Shown piece after piece: positions 28,863 to 36,472 of a stretch of DNA of 64,000 bases (positions are counted from its first letter, which is position 1; the number at the start of each line of letters is the position of its first letter). The stretch spans positions 364,923 through 428,922 of the forward strand of contig CAWHDT010000005.1 in NCBI GenBank assembly GCA_963828195.1, read 5' to 3'. The position numbers and the translations under genes are program-made. The DNA is from Candidatus Bathyarchaeota archaeon. Its GTDB lineage: Archaea > Thermoproteota > Bathyarchaeia > Bathyarchaeales > Bathycorpusculaceae. A model generated the notes under the pieces. The model was given only the letters and a program-made list of their open reading frames with translations. It searched no databases and was not told where the DNA came from.

Positions 28863-31055
28863 ATGACTTCCAAAATTGCAGCAGATAAGCCCAGCACTTT
28901 TGCTTTGCTTAACGGCGACGAAGCAGTTGCACGAGGAGCAATCGAAGCCACTGTCAAAGTTGCAACATCTTATCCTGGGACGCCAGCCACTGAAATTTTG
29001 GAGACCCTTGCCGAGGTCTCAAAAGACTTAGGCATTTATGCCGAATGGAGTATAAACGAGATTGTAGCCACTGAAGTCGCGGCGGGCGCGTCGATGACTG
29101 GTGTCAGAGCTATCGTTTCAATGAAGCACGTCGGTTTGAACGTTGCTGCGGATGCAGCCATGACCTTGGCGTACACTGGAATCGAAGGTGGGCTGGTAAT
29201 CGCGGTTTGTGATGATCCATCACTGCACAGCAGCCAAAACGAACAAGACACAAGATACTTTGCGGTTCATTCGAAGCTTCCGTTGCTGGACGCAGGCAAT
29301 CCGCAGGAAGCTCTGGACATGTGCAGGGAGGCGTTCGAATTAAGTGAAAAACTGCATTTGCCAATCATCTTACGTTTAACAACGAGGGTAGCCCATGGAA
29401 AAGCCAGAGTGAAACTTGGGCGGCTGCATAATCTAAATCGACGGGCAGATTTTGATAAGCAAGGTTCTAAATGGGTTATGGTGCCGTCAAATGCAATTCG
29501 GCAACACAGAGTCTTAGAAGTAAAGATGATAGAAGCAAAAATTCTTGCAAATCAGTCAAAATTCAATCAGATTGAGGACAACGCCAGTGACATTGGAATT
29601 ATAGGAAGCGGCGTGGCTTACTATTATGCTCGTTCGGTACTTGACACCAAAAAGTTTTCTTGGCTAAAATTAGGTTTTGTTTATCCGTTTCCTCAAGAAA
29701 TCGTTAGACGATTCGCGTTTAAAGTAAAGAAAATCATAGTGATTGAGGAGCTACGACCTTACCTTGAGGAAAATATTCAGCGGTTAGGTCTACGCGCACT
29801 TGGAAAGACTGAGTTAGGCTTGGAAGAAATTGGAGAGTTAACGCCTGACAAGGTACGCCAAGCCTTTGCAAGTCTAAATTTAACTAATAAAGCTGAACCA
29901 CCCGACCTTTTAGATTTGCCGCCTCGACCGCCCGCACTTTGCCCAGGCTGCCCTCATAGAGCATTTTATTACGCGTTAAACATGGTTAATCAACATCTTG
30001 ATTGTGATAAAGACAAGTGCGTCGGCTGCGGTATCTGCGAATACGCTTGCTCTTTTGAAAAAGAGAAGGTTTTCAATCCAATCAAGTCGCGCATTCGTTC
30101 GGTTAGAATTAATCAAATACTCAACACTGCAGTAGCCTGCAAGACATGCGTTAATGCGGTTTGCATTGATGCTTGTCCCGAAAAAGCTCTTATCAGATCA
30201 GAGGAAACTGGAGCTGTTCTTGTTGATGAAAACAGATGCAAAGGTTGCCCTTGGTGCATACAAGCCTGCGAGTTTGGAGCCATAACGATTCATCCGACCA
30301 CTCATAAAGCCATAATCTGTGACAAATGCAGTGGTGAACCGAAATGCATTCCCCTCTGTCCAGAGAGCGCTTTAAGCTTATCTGGAAGCTCCACCGACAA
30401 AATCGTGACAGGCGATATAGGCTGCTACACTTTGGGTGTCTTGCCCCCTGAAAGTTCCCTTCAAACATGCTTGTGTATGGGTGGTGGCATATCTCAGGCT
30501 GCAGGCATGTTTCATGCTGGTGTTAAAGACAAAGTGTTCTCAGTTATCGGCGATTCAACGTTTTTCCACGCCGGAATGCCTGGGCTACTCAATATCGTGT
30601 ACAATAGAGCTAACGTTTGCGTAATTATCATGGATAACTCTACAGTCGCAATGACTGGGCATCAGCCGACTCCTGGTTCAGGCAAAACAGCGATGGGTGC
30701 TGACACTAAGGTTTTGAGAATCAAGGATGTTGCCAAAGGACTTGGAATAGATAAAGTGGAAGTCATTGACCCATATGACATTGAAACGACAACTCAGACC
30801 ATCAGGAAAATTTTAGATTACAATGGTCCATCCGTAATAATTTCTCAGAGGGCATGTCCGCTTTTGGTTGAAAGAGGCAAAGCCCCAGAAGTTTTGGAGA
30901 AATGTGATGCCTGCGGCGTGTGCGTGAAAGCTTTCGGTTGCCCAGCGATTACCTTGTCAAGCAATCGGGCGGAAATAGATGCGACTCTATGCTACGGATG
31001 CAACGTCTGCGAAGTTGTCTGTCCCTCGGGCGCCATTAGGAGGAAAGAGAAATGA
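28863..31055 (+). CDS. iorA: indolepyruvate:ferredoxin oxidoreductase alpha subunit with an inserted four-motif polyferredoxin module
   Basis: Motifs LLNGDEAVARGAIEA, YPGTPATEI, CPGCPHRAFYYAL ... GDIGCYTLG, and the C-terminal CDACGVCV / CYGCNVCEVVCP. The ~135-aa Cys-rich insertion lies at about 29986-30398. Confidence 0.8.
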   Translation: MTSKIAADKPSTFALLNGDEAVARGAIEATVKVATSYPGTPATEILETLAEVSKDLGIYAEWSINEIVATEVAAGASMTGVRAIVSMKHVGLNVAADAAMTLAYTGIEGGLVIAVCDDPSLHSSQNEQDTRYFAVHSKLPLLDAGNPQEALDMCREAFELSEKLHLPIILRLTTRVAHGKARVKLGRLHNLNRRADFDKQGSKWVMVPSNAIRQHRVLEVKMIEAKILANQSKFNQIEDNASDIGIIGSGVAYYYARSVLDTKKFSWLKLGFVYPFPQEIVRRFAFKVKKIIVIEELRPYLEENIQRLGLRALGKTELGLEEIGELTPDKVRQAFASLNLTNKAEPPDLLDLPPRPPALCPGCPHRAFYYALNMVNQHLDCDKDKCVGCGICEYACSFEKEKVFNPIKSRIRSVRINQILNTAVACKTCVNAVCIDACPEKALIRSEETGAVLVDENRCKGCPWCIQACEFGAITIHPTTHKAIICDKCSGEPKCIPLCPESALSLSGSSTDKIVTGDIGCYTLGVLPPESSLQTCLCMGGGISQAAGMFHAGVKDKVFSVIGDSTFFHAGMPGLLNIVYNRANVCVIIMDNSTVAMTGHQPTPGSGKTAMGADTKVLRIKDVAKGLGIDKVEVIDPYDIETTTQTIRKILDYNGPSVIISQRACPLLVERGKAPEVLEKCDACGVCVKAFGCPAITLSSNRAEIDATLCYGCNVCEVVCPSGAIRRKEK

Positions 31056-31636
31056 AGTTAGACACGGTTTTCAGCGGCGTTGGGGGACAGGGAATCGTTG
31101 TTTTAAGCGACATTTACTGTGAGGCTGCCATGTTAGACGGTTTTGACGTGGCTAAGGCGGAGGTTCATGGAATGGCTCAGCGAGGAGGCTCGATTGTTGC
31201 TTATGCAAGAATCGGCGATAAAGTTGAATCTCCCCTGATTGAAACTGGGAAAGCGGATGTCCTTGTTGGTTTTGAGATTCTTGAAACGGCGAGGGCTTTG
31301 CCAATGCTGAAGAAGAATGGCGACGTGGTTGTTAACTTGAAATACATTCAGCCAAGCTGCATGGGTTCGGTTAAGCCGAAAAAAACCGAAGAATTAATTG
31401 AATTGTTGAAGACAAAAGGTAAGGTTCATGGAGTTGACGGACCAAAATTGGCGGAAAAACTTGGAAACCCGCTGGTCGTCAACACTATTCTTCTAGGGGC
31501 ATTATCTGCTCTTCCAGAAAATCCAGTTAAGAAGGAATCCCTTCAAAACGCCATAGCTGGCAGATTAAAGGAGAAATACATTAACGTGAACCTTAAGGCT
31601 TTCCAGTTAGGTAGAGAAAGCGTTTTAATGAGTTAA
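31052..31636 (+). CDS. iorB: indolepyruvate:ferredoxin oxidoreductase beta subunit
   Basis: Motifs GVGGQGIV and EVHGMAQRGGSIV. 4-nt overlap with iorA. Confidence 0.8.
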   Translation: MKLDTVFSGVGGQGIVVLSDIYCEAAMLDGFDVAKAEVHGMAQRGGSIVAYARIGDKVESPLIETGKADVLVGFEILETARALPMLKKNGDVVVNLKYIQPSCMGSVKPKKTEELIELLKTKGKVHGVDGPKLAEKLGNPLVVNTILLGALSALPENPVKKESLQNAIAGRLKEKYINVNLKAFQLGRESVLMS

Positions 31637-31726
31637 TCGATTTCTTCAGCCAATTCTTCGTGGCCCAAACTTTTTAGCAACATATTTTTAAAGAAGACCA
31701 TACAAAGTGTTTCAAGGTGGGTTATT

Positions 31727-32008
31727 TTGGTAAAACCTCAAAAATATTTAGCTATGATTAAGATAAGCCCAAATATGGCTGCTAAACTGTATGAGCCGTT
31801 GATGGAATTTAGCGAAAGCCCAGTCAAGGGAGTAACGCTTGAAGAATCCTTTCAAGTGTTTGGCGAATGGGATTTTGCTCTGCTTTTTCAGGCAGATACG
31901 AACGAGAATGCTTTGCATTTTGTCGGAGACAAGATTCGCCTTGTGGAAGGTGTTGTACAGACTCTCACGATTCCCATGACGCCAATTAAGGAATATCGCA
32001 AACGCTAA
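31727..32008 (+). CDS. stand-alone RAM-domain-like small protein
   Basis: 93 aa. FGEWDFALLFQA aligns with FGRYDAIIILEA (1157..1399) and FGPYDVICAVKA (16969..17493). Confidence 0.45.
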   Translation: MVKPQKYLAMIKISPNMAAKLYEPLMEFSESPVKGVTLEESFQVFGEWDFALLFQADTNENALHFVGDKIRLVEGVVQTLTIPMTPIKEYRKR

Positions 32009-32132
32009 AACTGCCATGCAGTCTAATAATATCAATCCTCCAATAAGCTTTCTTACTATATTTGCGATGAGATAATTTTATTAAGCCTACAAGAGGGAAG
32101 TTCACTATCATGAACCAAAGGAGCAAGAATCC

Positions 32133-32495
32133 ATGAAGGGAGTAGACTGTTTCGCAGAAACACTTGGAATAAAAGTTCTCGAAGCTAAAGATGGCTACGC
32201 GAAGGTTTCGATGAAAGTTGAGAAGAACCACACGAACGCATTGGGCTTTACTCATGGAGGCGCAGTCTTTTCGCTGGCTGATTACGCTTTTGCGCATGCA
32301 TGCAATTTTGGAGACAACGTCGCCGTCGCAGCTCAAGTAAGCATAAACTTTCTGAAGCCCTCGGTTGAAGGAGACACATTGACGGCTGAAGCAACAAGGG
32401 TCTCAGACGGCAAAACAATGGGTCTCTACCACGTGACCGTTAAGAAAGAGGATAAGATAGTTGCTTTCTTTTCGGGATTAGCAGTCAAAAAATAA
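32133..32495 (+). CDS. paaI: PaaI-type hotdog-fold acyl-CoA thioesterase
   Basis: Motifs NALGFTHGGAVFSLADYAFAHA and TMGLYHVTV. Confidence 0.75.
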   Translation: MKGVDCFAETLGIKVLEAKDGYAKVSMKVEKNHTNALGFTHGGAVFSLADYAFAHACNFGDNVAVAAQVSINFLKPSVEGDTLTAEATRVSDGKTMGLYHVTVKKEDKIVAFFSGLAVKK

Positions 32496-32563
32496 CTTTT
32501 CCAATCCAATGTTAAAAGCGAGTTAGCGGAAAACGGCAAAAAAAGAAATGTCACCTAACAATA

Positions 32564-32570
32564 TTTTTAT
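32564..32570 (+). promoter_or_regulatory. TATA-box-like element upstream of tRNA-Cys
   Basis: TTTTTAT lies about 27 nt upstream of tRNA position 1. Confidence 0.35.
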
Positions 32571-32596
32571 GTTGGACTCAATCCTAGTTTCAAGGC

Positions 32597-32672
32597 GCTG
32601 GGGTGGCCGAATGGTTCAGGCGACAGCCTGCAGAGCTGTTATATATGGGTTCAATTCCCATCCCCAGCTCCA
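32597..32672 (+). tRNA. tRNA-Cys (GCA), CCA encoded
   Basis: Hand-folded. Acceptor GCTGGGG/CCCCAGC. Anticodon stem ACAGC/GCTGT with loop CTGCAGA. T-arm ATGGG-TTCAATT-CCCAT. Discriminator T followed by CCA. Confidence 0.9.
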
Positions 32673-32763
32673 CGAACCGATACATAAATTTTCAAGTATG
32701 TCGAACATCATAGATTGAAGACCGCTTAATTTTACGATATAAACTTATTATATTGATAAAAGA

Positions 32764-33606
32764 TTGATATTACTTATGCTATACCCTAACTCATCGGAAA
32801 GGGTTAAAAAAATAAATGAAGTTGCCCAATTATTTGAAAGCAAGGGTTATCCAAAAACGGCGAATGGAGTTTTGAGTTTTGAAAATTTATTACAAGAGCC
32901 CACTTTCCCCGCAGATTTGGCACATAGGTTTAATCATCTTCTTGATACCTTTCATAATGAATTTAGTGGAAGCATAAAAGAAGGGCAAGTTTACCGCGAG
33001 CAAGTTTTTATTGAAATCAGAGAAATTATTACTCGCTCAGTAAATAAATTAACATACGTTAATTTCTCTGCTAAATCGTCTGAGTTAATGCCTATAGTAG
33101 TAAGTATTAAGAATGGACGAAACGTAATCGGTGATATAGCTAGCGAATTAGGGACTGTTAGAAAATCTAGTAAAAGAGCGGCATTTCATCTTTGTTGCTA
33201 CGCGTATTTAGTTATGGTAGAGGGTGTTTTCGATGATATTGCGCGAGCAATAAATTTTTTTTCAAGAATAAATGAAGACAAGGTTACCAACATATCCAGA
33301 TTGATGAATAAACGAGTTGGCGATATTTTAAATGAATTTAGCACCGTACCAACTTTCCTCAAAGATTGGGAGGAGAAAAAACATAGGAGAAATGCTATTG
33401 CATATGCTACAGCATATTATAACTCAGATAAAGATGAGGTTCAGTTTGTTGATATGCTTTCGCCAAAACCTTATGACAAAACTATAAGTCTAAATGATTT
33501 CTTGTTAACTGAATTAGAATTTGAGGATGTTGTTGACTCTTTTTCGTATATAATGGTCCTGCTCGGGTTGATTGAGCTTTTTGTAATAAAAAACTTAGTT
33601 TTTTAA
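32764..33606 (+). CDS. hypothetical protein on the tRNA-Cys-linked islet, C-terminal hydrophobic segment
   Basis: 280-aa ORF, visibly more AT-rich than its neighbours. No motif recognised with confidence. Tail sequence is FSYIMVLLGLIELFVIKNLVF. Confidence 0.5.
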   Translation: MILLMLYPNSSERVKKINEVAQLFESKGYPKTANGVLSFENLLQEPTFPADLAHRFNHLLDTFHNEFSGSIKEGQVYREQVFIEIREIITRSVNKLTYVNFSAKSSELMPIVVSIKNGRNVIGDIASELGTVRKSSKRAAFHLCCYAYLVMVEGVFDDIARAINFFSRINEDKVTNISRLMNKRVGDILNEFSTVPTFLKDWEEKKHRRNAIAYATAYYNSDKDEVQFVDMLSPKPYDKTISLNDFLLTELEFEDVVDSFSYIMVLLGLIELFVIKNLVF

Positions 33607-33695
33607 GTTTTCTTAAATACAATATTAAGCAGCACTTGAATATGCAACAGTGATGTTACCACTGAGATTATTAATCAAACGGGGAAAGTGAGAAA

Positions 33696-34025
33696 ATGAA
33701 GAAGGAAGAAATGGTTGCCGCAAGATTACCTGAAACATTAGTATCCGACATCAAGAAAATAGAGGAAGTGGAGCAGACAGACCGCTCGACAGTGCTTAGA
33801 AAACTTCTTGACAAGGCTGTAAGGGAATGGAAGAAAGAGTACGCAGCGAAACGTTATGCAGAGGGCTCAGTAACCCTGGAGAGAGCGGCAATGGATGCTG
33901 GAGTATCTGTTAGACAAATGATGGATTACTTAAAGAAAAATAAAACTGTCGCTCAATATGACAAAGAAGATTTAGAAGAAGATATGGCTAACTTTTACAA
34001 GAGAACGAGAAAAACAATCGACTAA
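33696..34025 (+). CDS. RHH (CopG-like) N-terminus plus UPF0175-like C-terminal domain; putative antitoxin/regulator
   Basis: ARLPETLVSDIKKIEEVEQTDRSTVLRKLL (ribbon-helix-helix pattern), then AEGSVTLERAAMDAGVSVRQMMDYL. A truncated paralogue lies at 34876..35076. Confidence 0.55.
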   Translation: MKKEEMVAARLPETLVSDIKKIEEVEQTDRSTVLRKLLDKAVREWKKEYAAKRYAEGSVTLERAAMDAGVSVRQMMDYLKKNKTVAQYDKEDLEEDMANFYKRTRKTID

Positions 34026-34055
34026 ATTCCCAATTAGACTTTTATCAATAAAAGG

Positions 34056-34093
34056 GCCTGCAGAGCTGTTATATGGGTACAATTCCCATCCCC
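34056..34093 (+). repeat. direct repeat of the 3' half of tRNA-Cys (att-like site)
   Basis: GCCTGCAGAGCTGTTATATGGGTACAATTCCCATCCCC matches tRNA positions 32626-32665, with one 2-nt indel and one mismatch. Confidence 0.85.
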
Positions 34094-34176
34094 GGCGAAG
34101 CCTTTCTCATTAGATTTTCAGAATGTTAGTAATCTTCATATCATACGGGTTTGTTATACAATATTTGGTTATACTT

Positions 34177-34407
34177 ATGGGTATGGAAGAAACCGTATGT
34201 GCGAAGGTTCCGGCTGAGCTCAAGAAAAAACTATCCATCTTAAACGTTAACATAAGCGAAGTAATACGCGAATCTTTACAATCGGAAGTAGACCGATTGG
34301 AAAAAGAGCTGCTAAACAAGCTCGCCAAAGAGGTATCAATTATCCTCAAGAAAATCCCCTCTGAAGAGTTCACTGAATCTATTCGTGCTTCAAGGGACAG
34401 CAGATGA
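34177..34407 (+). CDS. vapB: RHH-type antitoxin (VapB-like)
   Basis: AKVPAELKKKLSILNVNISEVIRESL. 4-nt overlap with the downstream PIN gene. An internal ATG (34177 or 34183) is preferred over the track start at 34123. Confidence 0.6.
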   Translation: MGMEETVCAKVPAELKKKLSILNVNISEVIRESLQSEVDRLEKELLNKLAKEVSIILKKIPSEEFTESIRASRDSR

Positions 34408-34823
34408 GTAAATCGCAGTACCTCTTTGACTCCAACATCATATACAAGGTCATCAGAGAACAACCACAAAATGCCGTGGAAAAACTGGCTGAAGGCTCAA
34501 CGATTTATTTAGCATACTACGAGCTAGGCAATGCGTTATGGAGAGAATCCCTTTTGCTTAAAAGGATAAGTGTTGAAGAGGCTGAAAAATCATTAGATCT
34601 GATGTACTCAATTCTTGAACGTATACAGGTAGCCTCGCTTGATAATGAAACAGGAAGTGAAGTATTGGATATGGCGTACAAATTTAAGTTAACATTTTAT
34701 GACGCAGCCTATCTTGTAGAAGCAAAGAAAACAGGCAAAACCTTTGTAACTGATGACATCAAGCTTGCCAAAGCAGCAGAAAACTTGGGCATAAAAATCT
34801 TATCAAGCAAAGCGCTTATGTAA
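34404..34823 (+). CDS. vapC: PIN-domain toxin (VapC-like)
   Basis: Motifs LFDSNIIYKV, TFYDAAYLVEA and FVTDDIKL (acidic PIN residues). Confidence 0.75.
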   Translation: MSKSQYLFDSNIIYKVIREQPQNAVEKLAEGSTIYLAYYELGNALWRESLLLKRISVEEAEKSLDLMYSILERIQVASLDNETGSEVLDMAYKFKLTFYDAAYLVEAKKTGKTFVTDDIKLAKAAENLGIKILSSKALM

Positions 34824-34875
34824 TGATTAGACAACCTGCATCACCTACACATAGGTGACAAAAACTTTGATGTAG

Positions 34876-35076
34876 TCGAAGAGAAAATACGCGGCGAAAT
34901 GTTATGCTGATGGGTCAATAACTTTGGAGCGGGCTGCAAACGACGCTGAGGTATCTGTTAGAGAGATGATGGATTATTTCAAGCAGAAGAAAACGGTTTC
35001 TCAATATGATTGAGAAGATTTAGAGGAAGACATGAAGAACATTTACAAGCGAATTGGAAAAAAGAGCCCAGATTGA
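34876..35076 (+). pseudogene. truncated, stop-interrupted copy of the UPF0175-like gene at 33696..34025
   Basis: It translates to KYAAKCYADGSITLERAANDAEVSVREMMDYFKQKKTVSQYD*EDLEEDMKNIYKRIGKK, collinear with the C-terminal ~62 aa of 33696..34025. It has no start codon or RHH part, and an in-frame TGA at 35011-35013. Confidence 0.75.
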
Positions 35077-35166
35077 TGAACACTTGAGCCACATTGAATA
35101 GATATTCAGACTCGAGAAGCCAAATTGAAGCAGGCATATAAACTAGTTTCCTTTTAAAAAGTAGCC

Positions 35167-35847
35167 ATGCGACTTGGGGTTTTGTTTTCAGGCGGCAAAG
35201 ACTCAACAATGGCGCTTCACTTAGCTAAGGAAAAAGAAGAAGTCAAGTGCCTCATTACGGTGCTTTCGAAAAATAAAGAGAGCTTCATGTTTCATACTCC
35301 AAATATTGACGTAACGGCGCTTCAAGCACAAGCTTTAGGTCTGCCCCAGATAACAAGGACAACGCAGGGCGAAAAAGAGGAGGAACTCGCGGACCTAAAA
35401 GAAGCAATCGCTGAGGCTACAACAAATTTCCATATAGATGGCGTGGTAACGGGTGCAGTTGAGTCAGTCTATCAGGCTGAAAGAGTCCAGCGTATCTGCA
35501 ATGACCTTGACCTTTGGTGCTTTAACCCTCTGTGGAAACACGACCAGAAAGCCCTCTTAGAGGAGCTTCTTGAAAAACGTTTTAACGTGATTATTTCAGG
35601 AGTTTTTGCTTATCCTCTTGACGAAAAATGGCTTGGAAAACAAATCGACACCAAAATCATAGATAGGCTGGTGGACCTTCAGCAAAAGTATGGCTTAAGC
35701 CCAGCTGGAGAAGGCGGCGAAATTGAGACAACAGTTTTAGATGCGCCGCTTTTCAAAAAGAAAATCGAAGTCCTTGATTACAGTGTCGAGTTTAAAGGAA
35801 ATTCTGGAGTATTCATAATTAAGCGGTCACGGCTGGTTTCCAAATGA
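35167..35847 (+). CDS. PP-loop ATPase of the MJ0570 / diphthine-ammonia ligase family
   Basis: MRLGVLFSGGKDSTMALHLA (SGGKDS PP-loop). Size and the GEGGEIET motif fit the family. Confidence 0.7.
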   Translation: MRLGVLFSGGKDSTMALHLAKEKEEVKCLITVLSKNKESFMFHTPNIDVTALQAQALGLPQITRTTQGEKEEELADLKEAIAEATTNFHIDGVVTGAVESVYQAERVQRICNDLDLWCFNPLWKHDQKALLEELLEKRFNVIISGVFAYPLDEKWLGKQIDTKIIDRLVDLQQKYGLSPAGEGGEIETTVLDAPLFKKKIEVLDYSVEFKGNSGVFIIKRSRLVSK

Positions 35848-36392
35848 TCCTTGTTGTAGACATGAATTGGAAAAAGGATTCATTAGGCTTCTACGAGTTC
35901 GTATTACCCATAGTCGCAATTGCCAAAACACAGGACAAATGCCGTGTCAAACATTTCCTTGAAGTAACCACACAAGATCTAAGCCAATGCGAAAGCATAA
36001 TTCTTTCAGGCACCACGCTCAAAGACTCGGCAACGTTGAGTCAGCCCGACAAGTTCAGTTGGCTCAAAGAAACAGAAAAGCCGGTTTTAGGCATCTGCGC
36101 AGGTATGGAAACGATAGGCGTGGTTTTCAATATGCGTTTAATTCGATGTTTAGAGATAGGTATTACACAGATAAATTGTTCAAAAGAAAACCCGCTTTTT
36201 AACCGTGAATTCAAGGCTTACTCTCTTCACAGTTACTGCGTCGAGCCTTCAGAAGATTTTTATGTTTGGGCAAAATCCACAAAATGTACCCAAATTATTA
36301 AACATAAAACCAAGAGAATTTACGGTGTGCTTTTTCATCCTGAAGTGAGAAACCCCGAATTAATTCAAGGTTTCCTTCGCCTCAAAAGTTAG
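35844..36392 (+). CDS. class I glutamine amidotransferase-like protein
   Basis: VLGICAGMETIG (nucleophile elbow) and GVLFHPE (His/Glu). Confidence 0.6.
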   Translation: MILVVDMNWKKDSLGFYEFVLPIVAIAKTQDKCRVKHFLEVTTQDLSQCESIILSGTTLKDSATLSQPDKFSWLKETEKPVLGICAGMETIGVVFNMRLIRCLEIGITQINCSKENPLFNREFKAYSLHSYCVEPSEDFYVWAKSTKCTQIIKHKTKRIYGVLFHPEVRNPELIQGFLRLKS

Positions 36393-36472
36393 CGCCTGAC
36401 AAGGAAGCGCTGAAAAGAAGGTAACAGAAACTTAATTACTTAGCAAACCAAATTTAAAGTATACTAATTTTA

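Noticed and set aside
31748-32336. Minus-strand ORFs 31748..32035 and 31986..32336 across the RAM-protein and paaI region.
   Set aside because: They are opposite to two plus-strand genes with recognisable motifs and carry no motifs of their own.
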